A stretch of 54,866 bases of DNA from Candidatus Oleincola secundus (GCA_018400815.1 JAGYLS010000002.1:1-54866), one strand, 5' to 3'; shown: positions 18,903 to 28,773, counted from the first letter of the stretch. Numbers and translations are program-made. Notes: generated by a model not told the origin, from the letters alone.

Positions 18903-18931
18903 ATTTTATACCCTTTTTAAAATTTTGTCAA
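18903..18931 (-). promoter_or_regulatory. Sigma-70-type promoter TTGACA-N17-TAAAAT
   Basis: Minus-strand read TTGACA (18931-18926), 17-nt spacer, TAAAAT (18908-18903). It would give a ~250-nt leader before the trkA relic and trkH. Confidence 0.5.
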
Positions 18932-19178
18932 TATGATAATTGCAGCCATTGCAGCAAGACATTTGCAACATTGCAGGTTCTTTATCATTCATTAACTTGC
19001 TACAATATTCTATCGGCTATAATCAAAAACCTCAAAGCAGTTTCGAGTATTCTTCAACTTGAGGTATATTTTAGCCTTCGATTAGATTTTTTGATAATAA
19101 AACAGGGTAGATTGTAATTTCTTTAACTGTGGAAGAAGTTAGTCAATCAGGGGGCAAAAAATAATATATCTGAGATTA

Positions 19179-20624
19179 TTATTTTTTCCAAAATTCCGGC
19201 ACAAGCAAGACTAAAACAGTATAAATTTCCAAACGTCCTAAAAGCATACAGATAATCAATGTAATCTTACCAATAGACGAAATAAAAGCATAGTTCTCTG
19301 CAGGGCCAACTAAGCCAACACCAGGACCTACGCCTCCCAGGGTAGCAGCGACAGCCCCTATTGCAGTGGTAATATCTAATCCCGTTGCAGTAATAATAAA
19401 TACCCCTATAATAAAAACAAAAATATAAAGAAGGAAAAAAGATCTAATGCTTTGCATGATATCATCAGAAATTACTTTTCCTCCTAATCGTATAGGAATA
19501 ATCGCATTTGGGTGTAATAATTTATCAAAACTCTGTTTTAATTGTTTTAGAAGCAATAACATCCGAACACTTTTAATGGCTCCGGCAGTAGACCCAACAC
19601 AGCCACCCAGAAACATCAATAAAACCAATACTAATTGTGAAAAATGAGGCCAAATACCATAATCTGTATTTACAAATCCAGTTGTTGTAACTATTGAAAC
19701 AACCTGGAAAGAAGCATACCTTAAAGCACTAAGCAGAGAATCATAGATAGAAAATCTAAGTTCTAAAGCTACTAATAAAGTTGAAATTAAAACTATAGAG
19801 ACAAAAAATGTAAATTCCTGATTTTTAAGATATATCTTTCTATCTCCGTGAAAAAATTTATAATGCAAACTAAAATTAACAGCTGAGATAAACATAAATA
19901 TAATAATTATGACTTCAAAAACAACATTATCATAATAAGCAATACTGATATTTTTGTGGTTAAATCCTCCTGTGGGAACAGTGCCAAATGTGTTTATTAT
20001 AGAATCAAATAAAGGCATGCCAAATAAATACAAACATATGATTTCTCCCAGAGTAATAAAAATATAGATTAACCATATGGTTTTAGCCGTTTCAACTATT
20101 CTTGGTTTTATTTTATCAAGTTCAAATCCTGGAAATTCAGATTTGACCAACCTCATTCCACCTACTCCAAGCATAGGCAATAAAGCTACAACTAAGAGAA
20201 TGATCCCCATCCCTCCAATCCATTGAGTTTCATTTCGCCAGAGCAAAACAGAAAGAGAATTGGATTCAATCTCGGTTAAAATAGTAGCTCCTGTTGCGGT
20301 ATATCCAGACATGCACTCAAAATATGCGTCAAGAAATTTAGGAATGGTTTTGCTAAAAAGAAAGGGGAGAGTACTGAATCCTGAAACAAATACCCAGCCA
20401 AGAGTAGCAATGATATAGCTTTCTTTATTACCAATGGAATTTTTAAATGGGCATATTTTATGTAAGATAAAGCCAACTAAAAAAGTAATAATAATAGACC
20501 ATATAAAAGCGCTGACTGAGCTTTTTTCATTATAGTAAAAGGCAAATAAGAGAGGAAAAATCATTAATGCACTTAAATACATCAACAATTTACCTAACAT
20601 GTTTCCAACTACTTTAAAATTCAT
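19179..20624 (-). CDS. trkH: TrkH-family K+ uptake membrane subunit (paralogue 2)
   Basis: 481 aa, colinear with the ORF at 17024-18469 with high apparent identity by eye (the same N- and C-terminal motifs, including LLGRLEIYTVL..VPEFWKK). Confidence 0.85.
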   Translation of the reverse strand: MNFKVVGNMLGKLLMYLSALMIFPLLFAFYYNEKSSVSAFIWSIIITFLVGFILHKICPFKNSIGNKESYIIATLGWVFVSGFSTLPFLFSKTIPKFLDAYFECMSGYTATGATILTEIESNSLSVLLWRNETQWIGGMGIILLVVALLPMLGVGGMRLVKSEFPGFELDKIKPRIVETAKTIWLIYIFITLGEIICLYLFGMPLFDSIINTFGTVPTGGFNHKNISIAYYDNVVFEVIIIIFMFISAVNFSLHYKFFHGDRKIYLKNQEFTFFVSIVLISTLLVALELRFSIYDSLLSALRYASFQVVSIVTTTGFVNTDYGIWPHFSQLVLVLLMFLGGCVGSTAGAIKSVRMLLLLKQLKQSFDKLLHPNAIIPIRLGGKVISDDIMQSIRSFFLLYIFVFIIGVFIITATGLDITTAIGAVAATLGGVGPGVGLVGPAENYAFISSIGKITLIICMLLGRLEIYTVLVLLVPEFWKK

Positions 20625-20668
20625 TTATAAGATAAATACCTCGATTTTCTTTGTTTTTACACCTCAGC

Positions 20669-20732
20669 ATTATATCGAGGATCTTATAAAGAAGGTATAA
20701 ATCTTTAGTTATTTATATAAAGATTGTATAAA
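20669..20732 (-). promoter_or_regulatory. Two KdpE-box-like direct-repeat sites plus a -10 element upstream of trkH paralogue 2
   Basis: Minus-strand read TTTATACaatcTTTATAT (20732-20715) and TTTATACcttcTTTATAA (20701-20684), then TATAAT (20674-20669). The half-site TTTATA with 11-bp register resembles the E. coli kdp promoter site TTTATACTTTTTTTACA (recalled from the literature). Confidence 0.4.
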
Positions 20733-20809
20733 TAAACACCTATAAGAATAAATATTGCTAAATGCAGTTCACATTTTAACTCTCTATAAAACCAAAAAAT
20801 ATTATAGAA

Positions 20810-21499
20810 TTACTCTTCAGTGAATCGGTATCCTATTCCGACTTCCGTAAAAACATATCTGGGCTTTGCAGGGTTTTTCTCGAGTTTCCGTCTTATATTA
20901 GCCATAAATACTCGCAATGACTGTACGTCACTATCTAAATAATTACCCCACACTTTCTTTAATATATATTTATGGGTCAATACTTTACCAGAATTTCTCA
21001 CTAGCAAAGTCAGAACATTGTATTCCATCGGTGTGAAATGTATCTCCTGACCTTCTATCGTTACTTTATGTTTTTCCAAATTAATTTCCAAATCAGCAAC
21101 TTTGTAGACAACGGATGCTTCTTCTTTCTTATTACTGCTACTATGACGTAAAACTACCCGAATGCGTGCCAGCAACTCATTGATACTAAACGGTTTTGTA
21201 AGATAATCGTCAGCCCCGGCATCCAATGCTTCAACCTTTTCGTTATCCTGATCACGTGCTGATACAACAACAATCGGAATATTGGAAAACTCACGTACCT
21301 GTTTTATGATATCTATTCCATCCATATCAGGTAACCCCAAATCCAGGATAATAGCTGCAGGATCCTTAGTAGATATACACTTCATTGCTTCTTTGCCTGT
21401 TGCTGCCTCTATACAATTATAATCCTGTGATCTAAGAGAGAAGTTGATAAATTTACGTATTTGCTTATCGTCTTCAACTATTAAAAATAGCATTCCCAT
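20810..21499 (-). CDS. OmpR-family response regulator, KdpE-like
   Basis: 229 aa. Receiver domain (DD...D56 in ILDLGLPDMDG, T/K signature) plus a winged-helix Trans_reg_C domain ending GIGYRF. Confidence 0.8.
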   Translation of the reverse strand: MGMLFLIVEDDKQIRKFINFSLRSQDYNCIEAATGKEAMKCISTKDPAAIILDLGLPDMDGIDIIKQVREFSNIPIVVVSARDQDNEKVEALDAGADDYLTKPFSINELLARIRVVLRHSSSNKKEEASVVYKVADLEINLEKHKVTIEGQEIHFTPMEYNVLTLLVRNSGKVLTHKYILKKVWGNYLDSDVQSLRVFMANIRRKLEKNPAKPRYVFTEVGIGYRFTEE

Positions 21500-21513
21500 G
21501 CTAATTATCCCCC

Positions 21514-22968
21514 TTAAATATTAAGAAAAAATCGGAATGTAGCACCTTTTTCTCTATTATTTTCAGCCATAATTTCACCTTCATGAAAGTCAATAATTGC
21601 CTTGCAAATTGATAGCCCTAAACCAATTCCGGGTTTTGCATCTGTATGGTAATTAGGTACTATAAAAAACATATCAAAAATTTTTGGCAAATCTTCCGGG
21701 TTTATTCCAGTGCCACTATCAGAAACTTCAAAACAGACTCTTTTATTCACTAATCTAACAGATACATTAATATTTTCTGAAGGAGTAGTATGTTTTATTG
21801 CATTATCAATTAGATTAATAAGGACCTGTCTGATTAATCTGCCGTCCATAGGAACAAAAACCACATCGTTCGGTATAGAAACTGCAATATTATGATTGGG
21901 AGCATATTTGGAAACACGATTTACTGCCTCTGCTACCACTTCTTCCACTGCTTCGGATTGAATATTGATTGCTAATCTACCCTCTTGAATCCTGGTTAAA
22001 TTCAAAATATTTTCAACCAAACGAATTAGCCATCCTGAATCTTCAAATATATCCTGGACAAATTTTATATTCTCTTGATCTTTTAGGTTTTGCAATAGCA
22101 TTTCTGCTGACCCAACAATACCAGTTAGTGGTGTTCTTAAATCATGAGAAATAGCTCTCAATAGATTACTTTTAAATCTCTCCCTTTCCGTTTCCGCCTT
22201 TGCGGATTCTTTTTCAGCTGTAAGTATTTCCCGCTGTACTGCAATGGTAATCTGCATAATAACTGAATCTAAAAGAAATTGATTTTCTTTCTTCATTTCT
22301 TTTAATCTCATTGGCAAACAAACATAGCCTGCGTAGTTCTCCCGAACAATAATAGGAAATGAGTAATGTTCCTTCACTATCGTCTTGATTTTATCCGCAT
22401 TTAATGTCTTCATAGTAGTACCATATCCAGATACTGAAGGGGCAATTTCCTGTACGGTATTATCTTTATCATTTATTACTATAAATATTACAGTGCTCCC
22501 AAAAAGATCTGCCAGGCATTTTACTGAAACTGCAGCAACATCAATAATACCTCCTGGTTTTGTGAGTGAACTGGTTATTCTATATAAAGTCTGTGCCTGT
22601 TCTTTTCGTTTATCTGCGAGTTCTTTAGAGTATATTAGCTTACTGGTCAGGGCACTCGTTAGAATTGCAGCAAGTAAAATTACCATAAAAGTAAAAATAT
22701 AGGTAGTATCATTCACATTAAATGTATACTTGGGCTCTGTAAAAAAGAAATTAAAGGATAGCATGGAAAGAACTGACGCTATTATTCCATAAACATATCC
22801 TTTTGTGTAACGTGATGTTAACAGGACAGATAATATATATACCACTACAAAATTAACTTCAGTAAACCCAAAATGCTGAATCAGTAAAGATAGAACTGTT
22901 GCTAACACATTAAGAGAAAAAGTTATTAATAAATTTACTACTAATGTTTTGCTAAAACTCTTGAGCAC
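21514..22968 (-). CDS. Sensor histidine kinase, KdpD C-terminal-type (DUF4118 membrane module, no N-terminal KdpD/Usp domain)
   Basis: 484 aa. 4-TM block of the KdpD type, GAF-like linker, H-box AISHDLRTPL, and HATPase N/G boxes (NLIDNAIKHT, DSGTGI, GIGLGLSICK). Confidence 0.75.
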   Translation of the reverse strand: MLKSFSKTLVVNLLITFSLNVLATVLSLLIQHFGFTEVNFVVVYILSVLLTSRYTKGYVYGIIASVLSMLSFNFFFTEPKYTFNVNDTTYIFTFMVILLAAILTSALTSKLIYSKELADKRKEQAQTLYRITSSLTKPGGIIDVAAVSVKCLADLFGSTVIFIVINDKDNTVQEIAPSVSGYGTTMKTLNADKIKTIVKEHYSFPIIVRENYAGYVCLPMRLKEMKKENQFLLDSVIMQITIAVQREILTAEKESAKAETERERFKSNLLRAISHDLRTPLTGIVGSAEMLLQNLKDQENIKFVQDIFEDSGWLIRLVENILNLTRIQEGRLAINIQSEAVEEVVAEAVNRVSKYAPNHNIAVSIPNDVVFVPMDGRLIRQVLINLIDNAIKHTTPSENINVSVRLVNKRVCFEVSDSGTGINPEDLPKIFDMFFIVPNYHTDAKPGIGLGLSICKAIIDFHEGEIMAENNREKGATFRFFLNI

Positions 22969-23134
22969 TTCTTACTTCTCCCTTATGATAATAATAGACA
23001 TTGATTCTGTTTTAAATTGGATAATGAAATTAATATTTGGATTCTCTAATATAATAATAGTTAATCAAAGAAATTTAATTTTAAACTTGAACATTATAAC
23101 ATCTTAAGCGGGTTTTTAAAACAGAACAATATTA

Positions 23135-23168
23135 AAATATCGAAAACACTGATTTAGATAAAAATCAG
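23135..23168 (-). terminator. Possible terminator after the GGDEF gene
   Basis: CTGATTT (23149-23155) pairs with AAATCAG (23162-23168), followed on the minus strand by TGTTTTCGATATTTT. The stem is short. Confidence 0.35.
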
Positions 23169-23180
23169 AAGATAATATTG

Positions 23181-26100
23181 TTAATTTTTTTTATTTTTTC
23201 TTTTCTCCTCATACATCCTCTGGTCAGCAATGCTTATCAGTTCATCCAGACTCTCTGGTTTATTAGGCAAATATTCGGAAAATCCCATACTAATTTTCAG
23301 CTGAAAGTCTTTTTTTCTCTCACTATTTAACTGTAGAATATTCTCTTTAAGACGTTCCCTTATCAATGGAGCCTCTATTAAAGAACTGTCTGGAAATATT
23401 ATCAAAAATTCATCCCCTCCTAAACGGCAGACAATATCGACTTCCCTAAACGTCCTATCAAATAGTCTGGCAACTTGTTTTAATAATATGTCTCCTTCTG
23501 AATGGCCATACTTATCATTAATATCCTTAAAATTATCAATATCAAGAAAAGCAAGTAAGAGAGAAGACTGATTACGATGGGATAATTTTATCTGCCTATC
23601 GAGTAGCTCCAGGCCATATCTTCGGTTATAACAACCGGTTAAAGTATCAACACGCACCAGCCTTCTTAATTGTTCTTCTGCTTCTTTTCTCTCTGAAATA
23701 TCATAATATACTGCAATAGTACCCTTGGGGCTATTATTAACAATTATTGGAGAAGCACTGATATAGACTGGGACTATAGTACCGTCTTTTTTCTTTCGAA
23801 CCGTTTCTATTCCTACATAGTCTTTGCTTATGCCCTTTTGGGTCAACTCTTTTGCTTCTCCTATCAAGTCAGGAGGTTGAATTAAGCCAGAGTCAATATT
23901 ATTTCCTTTCATTTCAGCAAGAGAATAGCCGAAAAGTTCAGTAAACCTGGAATTAACATTAATAACATTTCCTTTCTCATCGGTATAGACAGTTGCCTCC
24001 GGATTGTTCCGAAAGAGATTGGCAAATTCTTGTTGACTTTTACGCAAAGCTTCTTCATCTAATTTTCGTTTAATTGCAATAGATATTTGGGAAGAAATAA
24101 ATTCCAATAGCAGAATATCTTTTCTAGAATAACAATCCGGATCAGAATAATTCTGAACAACAAGGGCTCCAATAGTCTCTTCTTTAATATTGAGCGGCAC
24201 ACCCAACCAGGCCTTACGAAAACTACCAAACCATTCTTTATATTTCTGAAAATGTGCATCTTCCTTAATCATATCAGAGGTTACTAAAAATGACTTGCCA
24301 GTATTAAGAACCATTGTATTCAATGAATGCTGACTAAAAGACCTGGGCTGATATTCACATTTATTTTTATTGGTATTATAAGGAAAATATACTTTATTTT
24401 CTTCCCTGTTCAATAAAGCAATATAAAAATTTGTTGCATCAACAAGGGTACCCAACTGCTGATGGATAATTCGATAAAGTCGGGAAAGAGAGATGGATGA
24501 ATTGGCAATTTTAGCAATATAATTTAAAACTTCTTGTATCTTTTCATTACGTTTCCGTTCTGTGATGTCTACAAAAATACCCTCTACTCCTGCAATATCT
24601 CCAGCTTCATTGTAATAATATTGACTGTTAGTAGATACTATCACAGATTTTCCATTTTTATTTTTCAATACAACTTCATAATCTTTTATTTTTCCCTGTT
24701 TATTCTCTAATAACTCTAAAAATTTTTTCCTATCTTCCGGTCTATAATATAATTCTCTAGCCAGGTTTTTCCCAATTATTTCATCAAGTGATTGAAATTC
24801 AAGTAACTTAACACCTGCAGGATTCATGATTAGCATATTGCCTTTGTTATCAGACTGATAATAGGCTACAGGCATATTATCAAAAAGTGTGCGATACTTC
24901 TTTTCACTTTCAGTTATTTTTTCTAAAGCCTCTTTATATATGGTTCTGTCTTGATAAAAAGCAATGACTTTTTTCTTTTCTTCTTGTCTGATGATTGAAG
25001 CTACAGTAATTATAACCGGAACCAGAGTACCATCCTTCTTTTTTCTAATAGTCTCATATTCAATATCTTTCCCTGCTATTGTTAATTGGGTTAAATATTT
25101 ACTCTCATCGATTGTCTTATCATCCGGGAAAATCATACCCTCATTGATATTTCTACCTTTAATCTCCTTTAGGGAATAACCAAACAATTTTGTAAACTTA
25201 TAATTAACATTCAAGATAAGACCATTTTCGTCATGATATACTCCTGCTAGTGGACTGTTCTGAAATAAACTGTTAGCTTCTTCCTGACTTTGTCGTAAAG
25301 TTTCCTCTGCCTTTTTACGACTGGTGATATCCTTAATTATACAAACAATACCTATCAGATCTCCAATTTCATTGGATATAGTAAAACTGGAAAAAAGTAC
25401 CGTAATATTATCCCCTGCCTTTGTTTTAAAGAAAACTTCATAATTTCTAATCGCTTCTTTTTTGATAGCCTTATCCAGTAAGAAACTTTTAAAATCTTTC
25501 TCTCTAAAGAATATCTCAACTGATTTTCCTTTTAGCTCATCCTCTTGGTATCTGGATAAATCCAGCATGGCTTCGTTAATAGCAGCCACATTACCTTCTA
25601 TGTCCAGCAATATCAAAGCATCGGTCATGGTAGAGATAATCTTCTCAGCCGCAACAACCGGGGTAATAACCATAAATTTATACTTTACTATAGCGTAAAC
25701 CAATCCACTTGCCCAGATGAGAGTAATCACGTTTGCCAGGGAAGGCAACTTAACTATTTCCAATTCCGGAAACACTACTTCAACTAATGTGCTGAGAATA
25801 AGGGAAATTAGCGCGGTAATAAAGATTATTTTTGCCTGATTTATTTTGGATGGTTCTTTAGTTTTTCTACCGAAATTATAAATTAAATAAAGACCTATTC
25901 CTGTAAAAGAAAGGTAATAGAAATAGAAAAGGTAAGGCCATATTGAATCTGACCAAATTCCTACCCACCCACAGGATTGCTCGATATAATCTACAGTTAA
26001 AAAACCGGTCCACTTTTTATAAATTAACAATAAAGGCAGAATAAAAACAAGAAAATAAAATAACTTTGTCTCTAATACCTTTTTCTTTTCTGCGAAAATA

Positions 26101-26354
26101 AGAGCAAACCACAAAAAGAAACTGCCTAAACCAACCCACCCTATAGAAGCAATATTATCAAACAGTATCGCAGTATTTTTTAAGGTACCGGGAATATATA
26201 GAAAAATAAGCATAAAACTCCATAGGGCAAAACAGGCAAGAAAGGCAGCACAAACTCTATTAAGTAACGATTTTGTATCTTTCCATAGTAAAAATATTAA
26301 CAGGTAGGAATAAACCAAAAAAGCAAAAAAATGTAGAAACGGTAAAATATTCAT
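23181..26354 (-). CDS. Membrane sensor diguanylate cyclase: N-terminal 7TM module, 3 PAS, GAF, PAS, GGDEF
   Basis: 1057 aa. ~7 TM helices in residues 1-230, and repeated PAS blocks (..GRNINEG.. / ..GNNIDSG.. duplicated segment). C-terminus has RLGGDEF preceded by an RxxD I-site (REVD, 5 residues upstream). Confidence 0.85.
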   Translation of the reverse strand: MNILPFLHFFAFLVYSYLLIFLLWKDTKSLLNRVCAAFLACFALWSFMLIFLYIPGTLKNTAILFDNIASIGWVGLGSFFLWFALIFAEKKKVLETKLFYFLVFILPLLLIYKKWTGFLTVDYIEQSCGWVGIWSDSIWPYLFYFYYLSFTGIGLYLIYNFGRKTKEPSKINQAKIIFITALISLILSTLVEVVFPELEIVKLPSLANVITLIWASGLVYAIVKYKFMVITPVVAAEKIISTMTDALILLDIEGNVAAINEAMLDLSRYQEDELKGKSVEIFFREKDFKSFLLDKAIKKEAIRNYEVFFKTKAGDNITVLFSSFTISNEIGDLIGIVCIIKDITSRKKAEETLRQSQEEANSLFQNSPLAGVYHDENGLILNVNYKFTKLFGYSLKEIKGRNINEGMIFPDDKTIDESKYLTQLTIAGKDIEYETIRKKKDGTLVPVIITVASIIRQEEKKKVIAFYQDRTIYKEALEKITESEKKYRTLFDNMPVAYYQSDNKGNMLIMNPAGVKLLEFQSLDEIIGKNLARELYYRPEDRKKFLELLENKQGKIKDYEVVLKNKNGKSVIVSTNSQYYYNEAGDIAGVEGIFVDITERKRNEKIQEVLNYIAKIANSSISLSRLYRIIHQQLGTLVDATNFYIALLNREENKVYFPYNTNKNKCEYQPRSFSQHSLNTMVLNTGKSFLVTSDMIKEDAHFQKYKEWFGSFRKAWLGVPLNIKEETIGALVVQNYSDPDCYSRKDILLLEFISSQISIAIKRKLDEEALRKSQQEFANLFRNNPEATVYTDEKGNVINVNSRFTELFGYSLAEMKGNNIDSGLIQPPDLIGEAKELTQKGISKDYVGIETVRKKKDGTIVPVYISASPIIVNNSPKGTIAVYYDISERKEAEEQLRRLVRVDTLTGCYNRRYGLELLDRQIKLSHRNQSSLLLAFLDIDNFKDINDKYGHSEGDILLKQVARLFDRTFREVDIVCRLGGDEFLIIFPDSSLIEAPLIRERLKENILQLNSERKKDFQLKISMGFSEYLPNKPESLDELISIADQRMYEEKRKNKKN

Positions 26355-26451
26355 ATTTTATTAAAACTCAGATTCCTTTTTCGCCTGAATAATATCTAAT
26401 CAGACTCATTATAATTAAATTTCTCTTTTCCACAATGGATAGTAAATACCA

Positions 26452-26469
26452 CACCCGCATAGCGGGTGG
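26452..26469. repeat. GC-rich hairpin CACCCGCATAGCGGGTGG (copy 1)
   Basis: Identical 18-mer at 34650-34667. 7-bp stem CACCCGC/GCGGGTG with loop ATA. Confidence 0.85.
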
Positions 26470-26735
26470 TTTTAAGAACCTTTAAAAGAGGCTTAACTTT
26501 TTAGCTCTTTTTCTTTCAATTTTTTTTATTTAACCTTTAGCTATAATATTTCTTAAGCAATAGTACTTCCAACTTTGGACTTCAGGTGAAAAATTGTCAT
26601 CTAGCTACTCTTAATCTTTTTATGGTTAAATAAATCTTGTTTTTTTTCTCTTAATTTACAATTTATATATAGGTAATATAACAGTAGTATAACAAGGAGC
26701 AATTAAGATGACTTAAAGTAGCGTCTTTGAGTTTT

Positions 26736-27410
26736 CTATTTCTTATAAATTGTCTGCTCCAGGTAGCCGCAGTAGGCAGAGCCTGTTTCAGTAATAATAA
26801 TCTCATCTTCTTGTCTTTTGATAAATTTAAGATGTCTTAATATTTCCAGAATAGCTTCTGATTCCTTTTCATCTATGATTATATCCTCAGCCATCTCATT
26901 AAAAATCTGTTCTGTTACATAATGCCTCTCATATATTTCGTACAAAACATCCTTGCTTTGCTTTACTAAAAAACAATCGGCAAAAAGGAATAACCACTTG
27001 ATATTCTCTTTCTTAGCCTTTTTATATTGCTCTAGAGACTGAGAAATATCATTCTCTTGTAATTTTTTCTCTTCCTTTTCAAAGTTTACTTTTTCCATCC
27101 AGGCCATAACTGTTCCGGAAATCATTTCTTGAAATTTTTGATCATCTTTAATTATTTCAGGTAAATCCCTATGTCTTTGCAGCGGTCCACCGGGAGCAAA
27201 AAAAATGTTTTTAACATGTTGATCGAAAAAATGATAAAATTCTTCCTGAAATAAAAAAATAGCACAAAAAGAAGAAATAAAAAATAAGGCTATCCAGGAG
27301 TTAGTCAACTGTACCCAACCACCATCAGTTGGCCACCATATTATACTCATAAGTAATGTGAGCAGGCATAAAATACTGTAAGGTAATACCACTAATATTA
27401 TTCTTCGCAT
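26736..27410 (-). CDS. Hypothetical membrane protein
   Basis: 224 aa with 2-3 N-terminal TM helices and an acidic, helical cytoplasmic C-terminal domain. No family recognised. Confidence 0.5.
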   Translation of the reverse strand: MRRIILVVLPYSILCLLTLLMSIIWWPTDGGWVQLTNSWIALFFISSFCAIFLFQEEFYHFFDQHVKNIFFAPGGPLQRHRDLPEIIKDDQKFQEMISGTVMAWMEKVNFEKEEKKLQENDISQSLEQYKKAKKENIKWLFLFADCFLVKQSKDVLYEIYERHYVTEQIFNEMAEDIIIDEKESEAILEILRHLKFIKRQEDEIIITETGSAYCGYLEQTIYKK

Positions 27411-27448
27411 TTTTTATATAACCTGTATTTATTCTAAATGTTTAATTA

Positions 27449-27967
27449 TTATAATTCATTTAATACTTTTAGAATAGCAGGTAGGTAAGCCGGCAGATCC
27501 TTGGGTGAACGGGATGTTACCAGATGATGATCTACTACTACCTCCTGATCCAGATAATTAGCTCCGGCATTAATCAAATCATCTTTAATTGAAAAAAAGC
27601 AAGTGGCATCCTTATCATTTAGAATACCTGCCGAAATAAGAACCCAGCCAGCATGGCATATTGCTGCAACCAGGCCATCTTTCTCAAATATCTTTCGTAC
27701 AAAACTGATCATCTTGGCAGAACGCCTCATGTGGTCCGGAGCATACCCGCCCGGAATGACTACCCCAACAAAATCTTCTGCTCTGGTTTCATCTATAGAT
27801 AAATCAGCAAGTACAGGATGTTGATGCTTACTATAATAGGTCTTTTTTTCAGGTCCTACAATTTTAACATCATACCCTGCTTCTTTTAATCGATAGTAGG
27901 GATACCATAATTCCTGATCTTCATATAATTGCTCAGCCAAAATAGCTATTTTTTGTGAATTGCTCAT
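27449..27967 (-). CDS. DJ-1/PfpI-family protease/deglycase
   Basis: 172 aa. Nucleophile elbow AICHAGWVL, and VVIPGGYAPD. Confidence 0.8.
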   Translation of the reverse strand: MSNSQKIAILAEQLYEDQELWYPYYRLKEAGYDVKIVGPEKKTYYSKHQHPVLADLSIDETRAEDFVGVVIPGGYAPDHMRRSAKMISFVRKIFEKDGLVAAICHAGWVLISAGILNDKDATCFFSIKDDLINAGANYLDQEVVVDHHLVTSRSPKDLPAYLPAILKVLNEL

Positions 27968-28127
27968 TCCTATCCTCCTCCTTCTTATATTATCATAAAT
28001 TTTCTCCTAAAAAAACTTTCTATTTACTCAATTTGAAATCAGGTCCGATTGTTAGGAGTGATTTATTAGACAGTTTGAAAAAAGAAACGATGGTAAATAA
28101 AAATATTTTTAAAGAAAAAATTATTAA

Positions 28128-28205
<78 letters not shown>

Positions 28206-28224
28206 AATCATCAATAAAATTATA

Positions 28225-28773
28225 TCATATCATTCTAGTTGGAGTAAGGGTTAATTTCAATTTATGAGCAATAATTGATGCTGCAATTATCTTAATAAAA
28301 TCTCCCACGATAAAAGGAAAGATCCCAGACAAAAAAACTGTTTTTATATCTAATTGGGTTACTAAATACAATTGAAAGGCACCGAAAAGGTTAATAATCA
28401 AAAAACCAATCATACCGACAAGGACAAAATCCTTTATTTTTATAATATTCTTTCTTTCAACCAAGTATCCTATTATATAAGCAGAAATAACAAATCCCCA
28501 TAAATAACCACCGGTTGGTCCCAATAGTACACCCGGACCGGCTTTACCTGCGGCAAAAACCGGCAATCCAACTAAACCCAAAAAAAGATAGATGAGTTGA
28601 CTTAACGCTCCAATTCTACTGCCCAGCAACATGGCTGAAAGATAGGTAAATAAGTTTTGGAGAGTAATAGGAACAGGATAAAATGGAATTACCAAGAACG
28701 CCCCTATGCTGGTTAGGGCTGCAAACATGGAGGCCAGAATCATATCTTTTAAAGAAACATGCTGAATGATCAT
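28225..28773 (-). CDS. bioY: Biotin transporter S-component BioY
   Basis: 182 aa, 6 TM. PITLQ(N)LF and GPTGGYL motifs typical of BioY. Confidence 0.85.
   Translation of the reverse strand: MIIQHVSLKDMILASMFAALTSIGAFLVIPFYPVPITLQNLFTYLSAMLLGSRIGALSQLIYLFLGLVGLPVFAAGKAGPGVLLGPTGGYLWGFVISAYIIGYLVERKNIIKIKDFVLVGMIGFLIINLFGAFQLYLVTQLDIKTVFLSGIFPFIVGDFIKIIAASIIAHKLKLTLTPTRMI

Noticed and set aside
18818-19117. 99-aa plus-strand ORF between the two trkH genes
   Set aside because: It has low-complexity composition and no RBS. It overlaps a good minus-strand promoter, the heptamer repeats and a terminator-like hairpin, so it is most likely a chance ORF in AT-rich DNA.
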